A model generated the notes under the pieces. It did no database searches and had not been told where the DNA came from. It saw nothing but the letters and a program-made list of their open reading frames with translations. A stretch of DNA of 64,000 bases from an uncultured Planctomycetaceae bacterium (GTDB taxonomy: Bacteria > Planctomycetota > Phycisphaerae > Sedimentisphaerales > UBA12454), in NCBI GenBank assembly GCA_964492875.1, contig CAZBLD010000004.1:57165-121164 (forward strand). Reading direction: 5' to 3'. Below are positions 17,941-27,432 of this stretch, one piece after another. The translations under genes and the position numbers were made by a program. The first letter of the stretch is position 1. Each line of letters starts with the position of its first letter.

Positions 17941-20900
17941 ATGGCAAATAAAGGATTTACACATCTTCATCTTCATACGCAATTTTCATTGCTGGACGGA
18001 GCAATCGTGCCGGAGAGGCTTTTTGGCCGATGCTCAGAGATGGGAATGAACGCTGTAGCCATAACCGACCACGGCAATATGTTCGGCGTTGTCGATTTCT
18101 ACACAGCGGCCCTTGCAGCAAACATAAAACCTATCATCGGAATCGAGGCTTACATTGCGCCGGATTCTCGATTCAACAGGCAGAAATCCTCCATCTCCGA
18201 TGCCGCATATCACCTGATTCTGCTTGCGGAAAACAATATCGGCTACCGCAACCTGCTCAAACTTGCAAGTATCGGCTACACCGAAGGTTTTTACTACCGG
18301 CCGCGAATCGACAAAGAAGTTCTGGCCCAGTTCAATGAAGGTCTGATTTGCTCGACGGCCTGTATGAAAGGCGAGGTCAATGCAGCACTTGCGAAGCGGG
18401 ACATTGAGGCTGCGAAAAAAGCTGTCGAAGATTATCTGAAAATCTTCGGCTCCGAGCGGTTTTATCTCGAAATTCAGCAACACGAACCTTCAGACACCCC
18501 ACACGTCCGCCAGGCAATAATAGATTTGGCGCAAAAAATGTCGCTGCCACTTTTGGCGACAAACGATGCGCACTTTCTCGATGCGGACGATTATGAAGCG
18601 CACGATGTGCTTACCTGCATAAGCACCGGCAAACGCGTAACTGAGACAAACAGAATGACTTATCCGCCGGACGTGTTTTTCAAATCGCCGCAGCAGATGC
18701 GCGAGATGTTCAGCGACGTGCCAGAGGCCTGCGATAACACGCTGATTGTCGCGCAGAGATGCAATGCTGAAATTGATACAAAGAGCCGACATTCGCCTAC
18801 TTTCAAGCCGCCGGACGGCACAACGCCGGAACAATTCCTTACGAAACTGTGCTATGAAGGCGCAAAAAAACGATACGGCAGAATTACCGACGAAATAAAA
18901 CAACGTCTCGACCGTGAGCTTGAGATTATCGAAAGCAAGGGCTTTTCGAGTTATTTTCTGATTGTCTGGGATTTTTGCCGATACGCAGCGGAGAACAACA
19001 TCCCCACCGGCGCGCGCGGCAGCGGCGTCGGCACAGTAGCCGGCTACTGCCTCGGCCTGTGCAACGTCGACCCGATTCGTTACGATTTGCTCTTCGAGCG
19101 GTTTATGGACCCGCAGCGGAATGAAATGCCGGATATCGACATCGATATCTGCCAGGACGGCCGGGCAAAAACGCTCGAATACGTCCGCAGCAAATACGGT
19201 CATATCGCACAGATAATCACTTTCGGAACGATGAAGGCCCGCGCGGTAATCCGGGACGTCTGCAGGGTGCTGGATGTGCCGCTGGCCGAGGCCGACAGAC
19301 TGGCAAAAATGGTGCCGGCAAGTCTCGGCATAACACTTGAAGATGCCCTCAAGCAGGAGCCGGACTTCAAAAAAGCCTATGATTCAAACCCGACAACGAA
19401 AAAGGTCATCGAAATAGGCAAAAGGCTCGAAGGCCTTACACGCCACGCCTCGGTTCACGCCTGCGGCGTTGTCATCGCCGATGAGCCGCTGACAAATTTC
19501 GTTCCGCTATATCGCGACCCGAAATCCGACGACATCATCACACAATTTGAAGGGCCTGTCATAGACAAAATCGGCTTGTTGAAAATGGATTTCCTTGGCC
19601 TGCGGACTTTAAGCGTAATTCAGCGGACGATTGAACTGGTTGAATCGATTCATAGCGTAAAAGTCGACATCGAAAAAATTGACCTTACCGACCTAAAGGT
19701 TTTTGAGGTCTTCGCTACCGGCAGAACAAAAGGAATCTTCCAATTCGAATCCGGCGGGATGCAGGACTTGCTTATGCGGCTGGTGCCCGACCGCATTGAA
19801 GACCTCATCGCAGCAAATGCACTTTACCGGCCCGGTCCGATGGCCCTTATCGGCGACTTTATCGACCGCAAACACGGCGCAAAATGGTCCGTACCGCATC
19901 CTATTATGAAGGAAGTTCTCCAGGAAACTTTCGGAATAATGGTCTATCAGGAACAGGTTATGCGAATCTGCAACCTTCTCGGCGATATTCCGCTGCGACA
20001 AGCCTATACGCTCATCAAGGCAATCAGCAAAAAACAGGCCTCGGTAATCTCAAAACAGAAACATAAATTCATCGAGGGCTGCGGCAAAAAAGGTCTGAAC
20101 GAAGAAAAGGCAACCGAAATATTCGAGCTTATACATCGCTTCGCAGGCTACGGCTTTAATAAAAGTCACGCGACACGCTATTCAATCATCGCATTTCAGA
20201 CTGCTTATCTGAAGGCTTACTGGCCGATAGTGTTTATGGCTTCGCTTTTGACTTATGAAAAAGGCGATGCCGGCAAGGTGGCAGATTATATCAATGAATG
20301 CAGACAGATGGGCATCGAGGTTGCCCCGCCCGACATAAATGAGAGTTTCACCGATTTTACCGTAATTTATCAGCAGCAGCACAGAGTCGACAGCGGTCTT
20401 ATACGTTTCGGCCTTGCAGCGGTAAAAGGTGTCGGCGAAAAAGCCGTAGAGCAGATTATCATTTCAAGAGAAAAACTCGGCCGGTTCCACAGCCTGTTCC
20501 ACTTCTGCGAAAATGTCGATTTGCGTCTTGTCAACAAACAGGTAATCGAATCGTTGATAAAGGCCGGCGCATTCGACAGGCTCGGCGGAAGCAGAGCACA
20601 GATGACAGTGGCGCTGGAGGCGGCGATGAAAGCCGGTTCTGTCCTGCAATCCGACCGAGCAACAGGTCAGTTAGGGTTGTTCGAGGCAGGGTCTGCAAAA
20701 ATGGATTATGACAAAGACCACCAGAGGCTGCCGGATGTACCTGCCTGGCCGGAAGTGCAGATGCTCACCTTTGAAAAAGAGGTGCTCGGCCTTTATGTTA
20801 CGAAAAATCCGCTGAGCAAATACGCTGATACAATCAGCGTTTACAGCACGGCAAATACCTCACAGCTTACCGAAGACAGGACAGGCCAGATAGTCGTTAT

Positions 20901-21402
20901 CGGAGGAATGGTTCAGAAAATCCGCAACATTGTAACCCGCAACGGCAGAAACGCCGGCGCAAAGATGGCTGTCTTTACGCTCGAGGATTTGCAGGGGAGC
21001 TGCGAGGTTGTGATGTGGTCGGATTGCTACGCGCGTTTCGGCAGTGTCCTCAAAGTCGACCAGGTCTTGTTCGTAAGGGGCAGGCTGGATTTCACTCGTG
21101 AGACGCCGCAGATAATCTGCGATGAATTAATTGAACTCGACCGGATTAGTCAAAGGCTGGCAGGAAAAAATATAAATATTCTTCTGTCGGAGGCCGAGGT
21201 AACAAAAGAGAAGATTGCACAGATAAAGAGTATCTGCTCAGCTCATCGGGGAAGGAGTCCTGTTTATGTAACGGTAAAGACAAACAAGGGCCTTACCGTA
21301 AAAGCTGCTGTAGGCAAAAATCTTTCGGTCAATCCTTCAACTGATTTCTGCCGCCAGATGGAAAACCTCGTCGGGGCAGAAAATTTCCAACTGTCCAGAT
21401 GA
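17941..21402 (+). CDS. dnaE: DNA polymerase III alpha subunit
   Basis: 1153 aa. PHP domain start FTHLHLHTQFSLLDGA, polymerase core motifs (GSGVGTVAGYCLG, MPDIDIDI) and a C-terminal OB fold region. Confidence 0.97.
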   Translation: MANKGFTHLHLHTQFSLLDGAIVPERLFGRCSEMGMNAVAITDHGNMFGVVDFYTAALAANIKPIIGIEAYIAPDSRFNRQKSSISDAAYHLILLAENNIGYRNLLKLASIGYTEGFYYRPRIDKEVLAQFNEGLICSTACMKGEVNAALAKRDIEAAKKAVEDYLKIFGSERFYLEIQQHEPSDTPHVRQAIIDLAQKMSLPLLATNDAHFLDADDYEAHDVLTCISTGKRVTETNRMTYPPDVFFKSPQQMREMFSDVPEACDNTLIVAQRCNAEIDTKSRHSPTFKPPDGTTPEQFLTKLCYEGAKKRYGRITDEIKQRLDRELEIIESKGFSSYFLIVWDFCRYAAENNIPTGARGSGVGTVAGYCLGLCNVDPIRYDLLFERFMDPQRNEMPDIDIDICQDGRAKTLEYVRSKYGHIAQIITFGTMKARAVIRDVCRVLDVPLAEADRLAKMVPASLGITLEDALKQEPDFKKAYDSNPTTKKVIEIGKRLEGLTRHASVHACGVVIADEPLTNFVPLYRDPKSDDIITQFEGPVIDKIGLLKMDFLGLRTLSVIQRTIELVESIHSVKVDIEKIDLTDLKVFEVFATGRTKGIFQFESGGMQDLLMRLVPDRIEDLIAANALYRPGPMALIGDFIDRKHGAKWSVPHPIMKEVLQETFGIMVYQEQVMRICNLLGDIPLRQAYTLIKAISKKQASVISKQKHKFIEGCGKKGLNEEKATEIFELIHRFAGYGFNKSHATRYSIIAFQTAYLKAYWPIVFMASLLTYEKGDAGKVADYINECRQMGIEVAPPDINESFTDFTVIYQQQHRVDSGLIRFGLAAVKGVGEKAVEQIIISREKLGRFHSLFHFCENVDLRLVNKQVIESLIKAGAFDRLGGSRAQMTVALEAAMKAGSVLQSDRATGQLGLFEAGSAKMDYDKDHQRLPDVPAWPEVQMLTFEKEVLGLYVTKNPLSKYADTISVYSTANTSQLTEDRTGQIVVIGGMVQKIRNIVTRNGRNAGAKMAVFTLEDLQGSCEVVMWSDCYARFGSVLKVDQVLFVRGRLDFTRETPQIICDELIELDRISQRLAGKNINILLSEAEVTKEKIAQIKSICSAHRGRSPVYVTVKTNKGLTVKAAVGKNLSVNPSTDFCRQMENLVGAENFQLSR

Positions 21403-21406
21403 CAAA

Positions 21407-21432
21407 AAAGGCGGCTTTTCATTGCCGCCTTT
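21407..21432 (+). terminator. Hairpin after dnaE (AAAGGCGGC-loop-GCCGCCTTT)
   Basis: Perfect 9-bp stem 5 nt after the dnaE stop, with an A-run before and a short T-run within or after it. It could act in both directions (tRNA-His converges here). Confidence 0.5.
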
Positions 21433-21462
21433 CCCCGAGCGTGGTCGAGGACAAGTTTTACG

Positions 21463-21537
21463 GGTGAGAGACGGGAATTGAACCCGCGACCCTTGGAACC
21501 ACAATCCAATGCTCTATCCAACTGAGCTACTCTCACC
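21463..21537 (-). tRNA. tRNA-His (anticodon GTG)
   Basis: Manual cloverleaf of the reverse complement: G(-1) + GTGAGAG acceptor, GCTC/GAGC D-stem, TTGGA-TTGTGGT-TCCAA anticodon arm, GCGGG-TTCAATT-CCCGT T-arm, CTCTCAC, discriminator C. The extra 5' G pairing with C73 is the His identity element. CCA is not encoded. Confidence 0.9.
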
Positions 21538-21540
21538 ACA

Positions 21541-21656
21541 AACGAATTTAAAATTTAAGATTGAAGATTTAAGATTTTTTAAATTAAACCCCCCTTAGGG
21601 GTTCCACAAATCTTCAATGTTCAATTTTCAATCCCTGCCTTCGCAGGGACAAGTTT
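21541..21656. repeat. Composite AT-rich inverted repeat with GC mini-hairpins (CCCCTTAGGGG, CCTGCCTTCGCAGGG)
   Basis: AATTTAAGATTGAAGATTTAAGAT on the left is mirrored by ATCTTCAATGTTCAATTTTCAATC on the right. The same ATCTTCAAT.TT.AATTTTCAATC word and a GCCTTCGCAG hairpin recur at about 725-800. Confidence 0.55.
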
Positions 21657-24377
21657 TCAATTTTTAACTGCTGCCTGGGCCGCCGCGAGCCTTGCAATCG
21701 GCACCCTAAACGGCGAGCAGGACACATAATTCATACCAACTTTATGGCAAAATTCAATACTTGCCGGTTCGCCGCCGTGTTCGCCACAGATGCCGACCTC
21801 AAGATTTTTGCGGGTTTTTCTGCCGCGTTCGATGCCGATTTTTATCAGTTCGCCGATGCCCTGCTGGTCGATGCTCTGGAACGGGTCGCCGGGCAGGATA
21901 CCTTTGCTGATATAGTCCGGCAGAAAACCGCCGATATCATCGCGCGAAAAACCAAAGCCCATCTGCGTAAGGTCGTTCGTGCCATAAGAGAAAAATTCCG
22001 CCTCCTCGGCGATTTTATCGGCCACAAGAGCGGCTCTGGGTATCTCAATCATTGTGCCGCACATATGACGAATCTTTTTCAATCCGAATTTCCTGCAGAT
22101 TTCCGCATAGACTTCGCGGACAATATTCATTTGATTATTGATTTCCTTCACATCGCAGACAACCGGTATCATTATTTCAGGATACGGCTTTTTGCCTGCC
22201 TTGAGCAATTCCGCTGCCGCCTCGAAAACAGCCTTTATCTGCATTCGACTTACCTCCGGATAGGTAATGCCGAGTCTTACGCCGCGATGCCCCATCATCG
22301 GATTAGACTCGTGCAGTGCTTCGGCACGCCTGCTGAGCTCATCGAGACTGATACTTAACTCCTTTGCAAGCTGCGAAAGTTTTTCCGGGTCGCGAGGCAC
22401 AAACTCGTGCAGCGGCGGGTCGAGCAGCCTGATTACCACCGGCAGATTGTCCATCGCTTCGAGCGTCGCCTTTATGTCCTTCTTGACAAACGGGTAAAGC
22501 TCGTCAACCGCCTTTTGTCTCTCTTCTTTAGTGCTGCTGACTATCATTTTGCGAAGCAGAAACAACGGCTCATCAGAGCCTTTGCCGTAAAACATATGCT
22601 CCGTCCTGAAAAGTCCGATGCCTTCTGCGCCAAATTGTCTCGCTTTTGCCGCATCTTCAGGAGTGTCGGCGTTTGTGCGAATACCAAGCTTTTTAACTGA
22701 ATCACAGACCTTGAGAAAATCGTTAAATACCTTATTTTCTTCGGAAGCATCCATCATCGCAAGCTTTCCTTCATAGACAAGGCCTTTTGTGCCGTTAAGC
22801 GTAATCCAGTCGCCCTGGTTGAATTTTTTGCCGTCCATATAAATCTGCTTTTGCTCATAGTCAACGTGCAGTGCACCGCAGCCGACGATGCAGCACTTTC
22901 CCCAGCCTCTTGCAACAAGCGCTGCGTGGCTTGTCATTCCTCCGCGTGCAGTAAGAATCGCCTGTGCCGCCCTCATACCCTCAACGTCTTCGGGATTGGT
23001 CTCTTCACGGACAAGAATAACCTTTTTCCCCTGCTTTGCCCATTCAACTGCGTCAACAGCAGAAAAAACGATTTGTCCTGCCGCTCCGCCGGGCCCTGCT
23101 GGCAGTCCCTTTGCAACCGGCTTACGTTCTTTCTCAACTTTATGGTCGATAATCGGATGCAGAAGCTCATCAAGCTGCGACGGCGTTACACGCATAACAG
23201 CCATTTCTTTCGTGATGAGCTTTTCCTTGAGCATATCTACTGCCATTTGCACTGCAGCAGGCCCATTTCGCTTGCCGACCCGGCACTGCAGCATAAATAA
23301 TCTGTTATTTTCGATGGTAAATTCTATATCCAGCATATCGCGGTAGTGCTTTTCAAGTTTCTTTTGTATCGCAAATAGTTGCTTGTAGGCAGCGGGCATT
23401 TTCTTTTCGAGCGAGACTTGGTGTTTGTTATGTTCGCTCTTTGAAGACTCGTTTATCGGTGCAGGCGTCCGTATGCCGGCAACGACATCTTCGCCCTGCG
23501 CATTGACGAGATATTCGCCATAGAATTTATTTTCGCCGTTGCCGGGGTTTCGCGTAAACGCCACGCCGGTGGCACTCGTTTCGCCCGTATTGCCAAACAC
23601 CATCGTCTGAACGCTGACAGCCGTGCCCCATTCATCAGGAATGCCTTCGATTTTCCTGTACGATACTGCCCTTTTTCCATTCCACGATGCAAAAACTGCT
23701 TCGATTCCGCCCCAGAGCTGTTTTTGTACGTCGTCCGGAAATTCCCTGCCGAGCACTTCTTTTATCTTTGCCTTAAACTCTGCGCATAACTGTTTCAAGT
23801 CCTGGGCCGTCAACTCGGTATCGCTTTTATAACCTTTCTGCTTTTTAAGCTGGTCCATTATTCTTTCAAGCTGTCTGCGAATACCCATATCCTCGGCAGG
23901 CTCGATTCCAGCGGCTTTTTCCATCACAACATCGCTGTACATCATCATTAGACGACGATACGCATCATATACAAACCGTTCGCTGCCGCTTAGAGCGACA
24001 AGGCCGGGGATTGTCTTTTCGGTGAGGCCGATATTGAGTACCGTTTCCATCATTCCAGGCATACTGCTTCGAGCACCGCTGCGGACGGAAATCAGCAGAG
24101 GGTTATCGGCATCGCCGAGTTTTTTACCCATTATCCGTTCGACTCCGGCAAGTGCTTTCTCGACATCGGCCTTTAGCCGGGCCGGATATTTTCTTTTATT
24201 CTTATAAAAATAAGTGCATACTTCCGTTGTGATTGTAAAGCCCGGAGGTACAGGCACGCCGAGGCTTGCCATCTCAGCAAGGTTTGCGCCCTTGCCGCCG
24301 AGCAACTCCTTCATCTTTGCATTACCTTCGGCCGAGCCTACGCCGAAAAAGTAAACCATTTTTTTACGCTTAACCAT
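21657..24377 (-). CDS. ppdK: Pyruvate, phosphate dikinase
   Basis: 906 aa. LLGGKGANLAEM ATP-grasp start, phospho-histidine region TARGGMTSHAALVARGWGK, and C-terminal PEP-utilising motif GICGEHGGEP. Confidence 0.96.
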   Translation of the reverse strand: MVKRKKMVYFFGVGSAEGNAKMKELLGGKGANLAEMASLGVPVPPGFTITTEVCTYFYKNKRKYPARLKADVEKALAGVERIMGKKLGDADNPLLISVRSGARSSMPGMMETVLNIGLTEKTIPGLVALSGSERFVYDAYRRLMMMYSDVVMEKAAGIEPAEDMGIRRQLERIMDQLKKQKGYKSDTELTAQDLKQLCAEFKAKIKEVLGREFPDDVQKQLWGGIEAVFASWNGKRAVSYRKIEGIPDEWGTAVSVQTMVFGNTGETSATGVAFTRNPGNGENKFYGEYLVNAQGEDVVAGIRTPAPINESSKSEHNKHQVSLEKKMPAAYKQLFAIQKKLEKHYRDMLDIEFTIENNRLFMLQCRVGKRNGPAAVQMAVDMLKEKLITKEMAVMRVTPSQLDELLHPIIDHKVEKERKPVAKGLPAGPGGAAGQIVFSAVDAVEWAKQGKKVILVREETNPEDVEGMRAAQAILTARGGMTSHAALVARGWGKCCIVGCGALHVDYEQKQIYMDGKKFNQGDWITLNGTKGLVYEGKLAMMDASEENKVFNDFLKVCDSVKKLGIRTNADTPEDAAKARQFGAEGIGLFRTEHMFYGKGSDEPLFLLRKMIVSSTKEERQKAVDELYPFVKKDIKATLEAMDNLPVVIRLLDPPLHEFVPRDPEKLSQLAKELSISLDELSRRAEALHESNPMMGHRGVRLGITYPEVSRMQIKAVFEAAAELLKAGKKPYPEIMIPVVCDVKEINNQMNIVREVYAEICRKFGLKKIRHMCGTMIEIPRAALVADKIAEEAEFFSYGTNDLTQMGFGFSRDDIGGFLPDYISKGILPGDPFQSIDQQGIGELIKIGIERGRKTRKNLEVGICGEHGGEPASIEFCHKVGMNYVSCSPFRVPIARLAAAQAAVKN

Positions 24378-24510
24378 CTCTGTAAATCTCCTAAAACAAA
24401 TAAGATAATTGTTGGACTGTTAAAACAAAAAGAGGCGCACCAGTATAAGGATATGCAAAAAAATTGTCAATCAAAAATAGGGTTTAGGGAATAGAGGATA
24501 GAAAAAGAGC

Positions 24511-25125
24511 CTAAAGTATCGGTCTTCTAATCTTCTTGAGGCTCATAAAACCGCTGATGACAGTGATTGAGAGCGTGATTATGTAAGTAATAACAGTGAA
24601 CCAATAACCCCAAAGAGCTGTCTGAACATGGGCCATTTTTATAATCACCGTGCCGACGGCAAAAGCCTGGCAGAACATCTTTAGTTTGCCAGACAGGGTG
24701 GCTGGAAATGTTACCCCCTTCGATTCACTATAGTGTCTAAGGAAGGTAATGAAAGCCTCTCTTGCGATAATTACCGCAGCAAAACCCCATTGAATTACAG
24801 CAAGCTGAGCGGCAGAAAGGTCAAACAATTTCGGCTGACCAATAAGAGCAAAGATAACAAATGAACCGCAGATGAGAATCTTATCTGCAAGCGGATCAAC
24901 CATCCTGCCGAATTTGCTTGCAACATTTAATTTTCTGGCGACCGGCCCATCCACCATATCGGTAAGACCTGCGATGACAAAAAGAACAAAGGCTGTGTCT
25001 AAATACAGCCAGTTAGGCTGAGCAACCTGAGGTGAAAAAAACACCATAACAAGAAAAATCACACTCAGCACCAGTCTCCCGGCCGTCAGGATGTTTGGAA
25101 TCTGCCTTAACATAAAATAAACCAA
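24511..25125 (-). CDS. pgsA: CDP-alcohol phosphatidyltransferase (PgsA-like)
   Basis: DGPVARKLNVASKFGRMVDPLADK matches the D-G-x2-A-R-x8-G-x3-D-x3-D signature. Multi-TM protein. The start could be the internal Met 4 codons in. Confidence 0.8.
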   Translation of the reverse strand: MVYFMLRQIPNILTAGRLVLSVIFLVMVFFSPQVAQPNWLYLDTAFVLFVIAGLTDMVDGPVARKLNVASKFGRMVDPLADKILICGSFVIFALIGQPKLFDLSAAQLAVIQWGFAAVIIAREAFITFLRHYSESKGVTFPATLSGKLKMFCQAFAVGTVIIKMAHVQTALWGYWFTVITYIITLSITVISGFMSLKKIRRPIL

Positions 25126-25169
25126 AAGTTTACGGTGAACAGTTTACAGTTCACAGAAGGAAAAATCAA

Positions 25170-25273
25170 TCCCGCACCTACTCTGATGTTTTAGCATTTA
25201 ATTATCTTCCAAAGGTTATTTCAAAAACGACCCATTTTTAGCTCCAACCTATATTGTCAAAGTAGGTGCGGGA
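25170..25273. repeat. TCCCGCACCTA inverted-repeat pair, copy A (13-bp perfect arms, 78-nt spacer)
   Basis: TCCCGCACCTACT at 25170-25182 and AGTAGGTGCGGGA at 25261-25273. The right arm overlaps the last codons of rimO. Confidence 0.7.
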
Positions 25274-26654
25274 CAACCAGCAGGTCATAGCCTTTAAAGC
25301 CGGTAATTTTTGCCTTTACGAAATTACCTGTTTTATCTGTGCAGCTGTTTATAAAGCAAAGGCTGTCGATGTGCGGCGCCTGACCGTAGTATCGGCCAAC
25401 AGCCCTGCCGCCTGAACGGTTTTCATCAACCAGACAATCACAGAGCTGTCCGATACGCGACTTGTTTTTTTCGAAGGCTATTCTCTGCTGGACAAGCATA
25501 AGCTGTTTCCTTCTTCTCCCTTTTATGTCGCAGGGAACCTGGTCAGCCAATTCTGCTGCTTTTGTGCCCTCTTCCGGCCAGAAGGTAAAGCAGCCCAACG
25601 CATCAAAGCGGGCCCACCTTATAAAATCCACAAGCTCTGTAAACTGCTGCTGGGTTTCGCCGGGAAAACCGACAATCACTGTCGTCCGCAATACAATGTC
25701 AGGAATACTTTTGCGCAGCCTTTCAATAAGTTTTGTAATCTCCTGTCTTGTATCAGGTCTGTGCATCTTCTTTAAAATCTGGTCGCTGATATGCTGTATC
25801 GGCATATCGATATAATGAACAACTTTTTTGCTTTTTGCGACAGACTCAATAAGATTATCGTCAATGCCTGCGGGATTAAGATACATAAGCCTAAGCCATT
25901 TGAGCTTTTCAATTTTCTCAAGCTCGCTTATAACCTTGACAAGTCCATTTTTCTCTCCGAGGTCTTTGGCGTAGTTGGCGGTATCCTGAGCAATAACCGA
26001 TAGCTCGACAACGCCAGCCTCGGCAAGCTGATTCGCCTCAGCGATAATATCGTCAAGCGGTTTGCTTCTGAACCTGCCCTTAATTGCCGGTACCGTACAG
26101 AACGAACAATTCCAATCGCAGCCTTCGCTTATCCTCAGATACGCCCAGTGTGAAGGATTTATTAAAAGTCTGTCGGCGTCTTTTTGTGTTTTTTCCGTCC
26201 AGCAGGCAGGACTACCATAAAATTTCGCACCAGATTCGCTGAAGAGATTTTCAATAACGCTTACTATGTTGTCTCTCTGTCCCAGACACACGACAGCATC
26301 GATGTGAGGAAACTGCTCCAGAATTTTTTCTTTCATTCTCTCCGGCAGACAGCCCGCAACGACAACCTTCTTTATCTTTCCTTTGTGCTTATCGGCAAGC
26401 GTCCGATTTATTACTTCAACCGCCTCATCAACAGCAGGCTTTATAAATCCGCAGGTATTGATTATCACGATATCGGCTTTGCTGACGTCATAATCTATTA
26501 CGAAGCCTGCTTGGGCAATCAGCGCAAGCATTCTTTCCGAATCAACAACATTCTTCGGACAGCCCAATGCAACAAAGCCTACCGTTCGCCGCGGTGCGAC
26601 CGCGTCGCAACGGGCCGGAGCTTTCGAAAATGGAGAAATTTCTCTGCCGACCAT
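25257..26654 (-). CDS. rimO: Ribosomal protein S12 methylthiotransferase RimO
   Basis: GFVALGCPKNVVDSE N-terminal MTTase domain, radical-SAM ISEGCDWNCSFCTVP, and a C-terminal TRAM domain. Confidence 0.85.
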   Translation of the reverse strand: MVGREISPFSKAPARCDAVAPRRTVGFVALGCPKNVVDSERMLALIAQAGFVIDYDVSKADIVIINTCGFIKPAVDEAVEVINRTLADKHKGKIKKVVVAGCLPERMKEKILEQFPHIDAVVCLGQRDNIVSVIENLFSESGAKFYGSPACWTEKTQKDADRLLINPSHWAYLRISEGCDWNCSFCTVPAIKGRFRSKPLDDIIAEANQLAEAGVVELSVIAQDTANYAKDLGEKNGLVKVISELEKIEKLKWLRLMYLNPAGIDDNLIESVAKSKKVVHYIDMPIQHISDQILKKMHRPDTRQEITKLIERLRKSIPDIVLRTTVIVGFPGETQQQFTELVDFIRWARFDALGCFTFWPEEGTKAAELADQVPCDIKGRRRKQLMLVQQRIAFEKNKSRIGQLCDCLVDENRSGGRAVGRYYGQAPHIDSLCFINSCTDKTGNFVKAKITGFKGYDLLVVPHLL

Positions 26655-27281
26655 TCACATTTTCCTGAAAGCCATGGTGTAAACCGGCCTTCTTTCCACC
26701 AGATATTTCCTTTCATAGTTTGTGCCGACAAGCTCGTTTTCATTTGCACCTGCAGGCCTGACAAATTCGACAGGCCGCAGCCTGTCTGAAAAACTCCCAA
26801 ACACCTGCTGCATCCATTGATAATAATCCTTATCGTCCGTAGCGATATTGATTAAACCGCCCGGCTCGAGACACCGAATCAGTTGTGCAACATTTTCTGC
26901 GCAGACAAAGCGCCTTTTATGATGCCGCCTTTTCGGCCACGGGTCGGGAAAATAGATATGAAAACATTCAACAGTGCTGTCATTTATTGAATCAGCAATA
27001 AAAGATGCGGCCTCAGCTCGAATGATACGAACATTCTCCACTGCCCTCCGCCCAATTCTATCTACGGCATACTTGTAATATTTGTTTGCCCATTCGATGC
27101 CCAGAAAGTTTACCCGCTCAAAAGCCCTCGCCTGGCAAAGCAGAAAAGTGCCTCTGCCGGAACCTATCTCAATGTGAACCGCATTTTTACGTCCGAAAAC
27201 GCCGAAAAAATCATTTTTGCCCCTGACATCTTCAGGTTGCAAAGCGACGTTTGGATACTCTTTTAACCGCCTTTTTGCCAT
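26655..27281 (-). CDS. trmB: tRNA (guanine-N7)-methyltransferase
   Basis: IEIGSGRGTFLL SAM motif, FPDPWPKRRHHKRR (the classic TrmB motif), and 208 aa. Confidence 0.9.
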   Translation of the reverse strand: MAKRRLKEYPNVALQPEDVRGKNDFFGVFGRKNAVHIEIGSGRGTFLLCQARAFERVNFLGIEWANKYYKYAVDRIGRRAVENVRIIRAEAASFIADSINDSTVECFHIYFPDPWPKRRHHKRRFVCAENVAQLIRCLEPGGLINIATDDKDYYQWMQQVFGSFSDRLRPVEFVRPAGANENELVGTNYERKYLVERRPVYTMAFRKM

Positions 27282-27432
27282 ACAGAAGCCTTTTTATTAC
27301 TGCCAGCCTTATTCTGGCCTAAAACCATCTTAAGTCAAGTCCGGCAAAATTCGATACAGATTTTGAGAAACTGCCAAGCCAATAATAACGTAGAGATTAG
27401 AGAAGTCTGTATTTGCGATAGGAGCAGGGAAA

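Noticed and set aside
21264-21539. 91-aa ORF (MVRVAQLDRALDCGSKGRGFNSRLSP...) on the minus strand.
   Set aside because: Its 5' part is simply the translation of the tRNA-His gene (the AQLDRAL...GRGFNS pattern is the classic tRNA read-through artefact) and the dnaE terminator region. It is not a protein gene.
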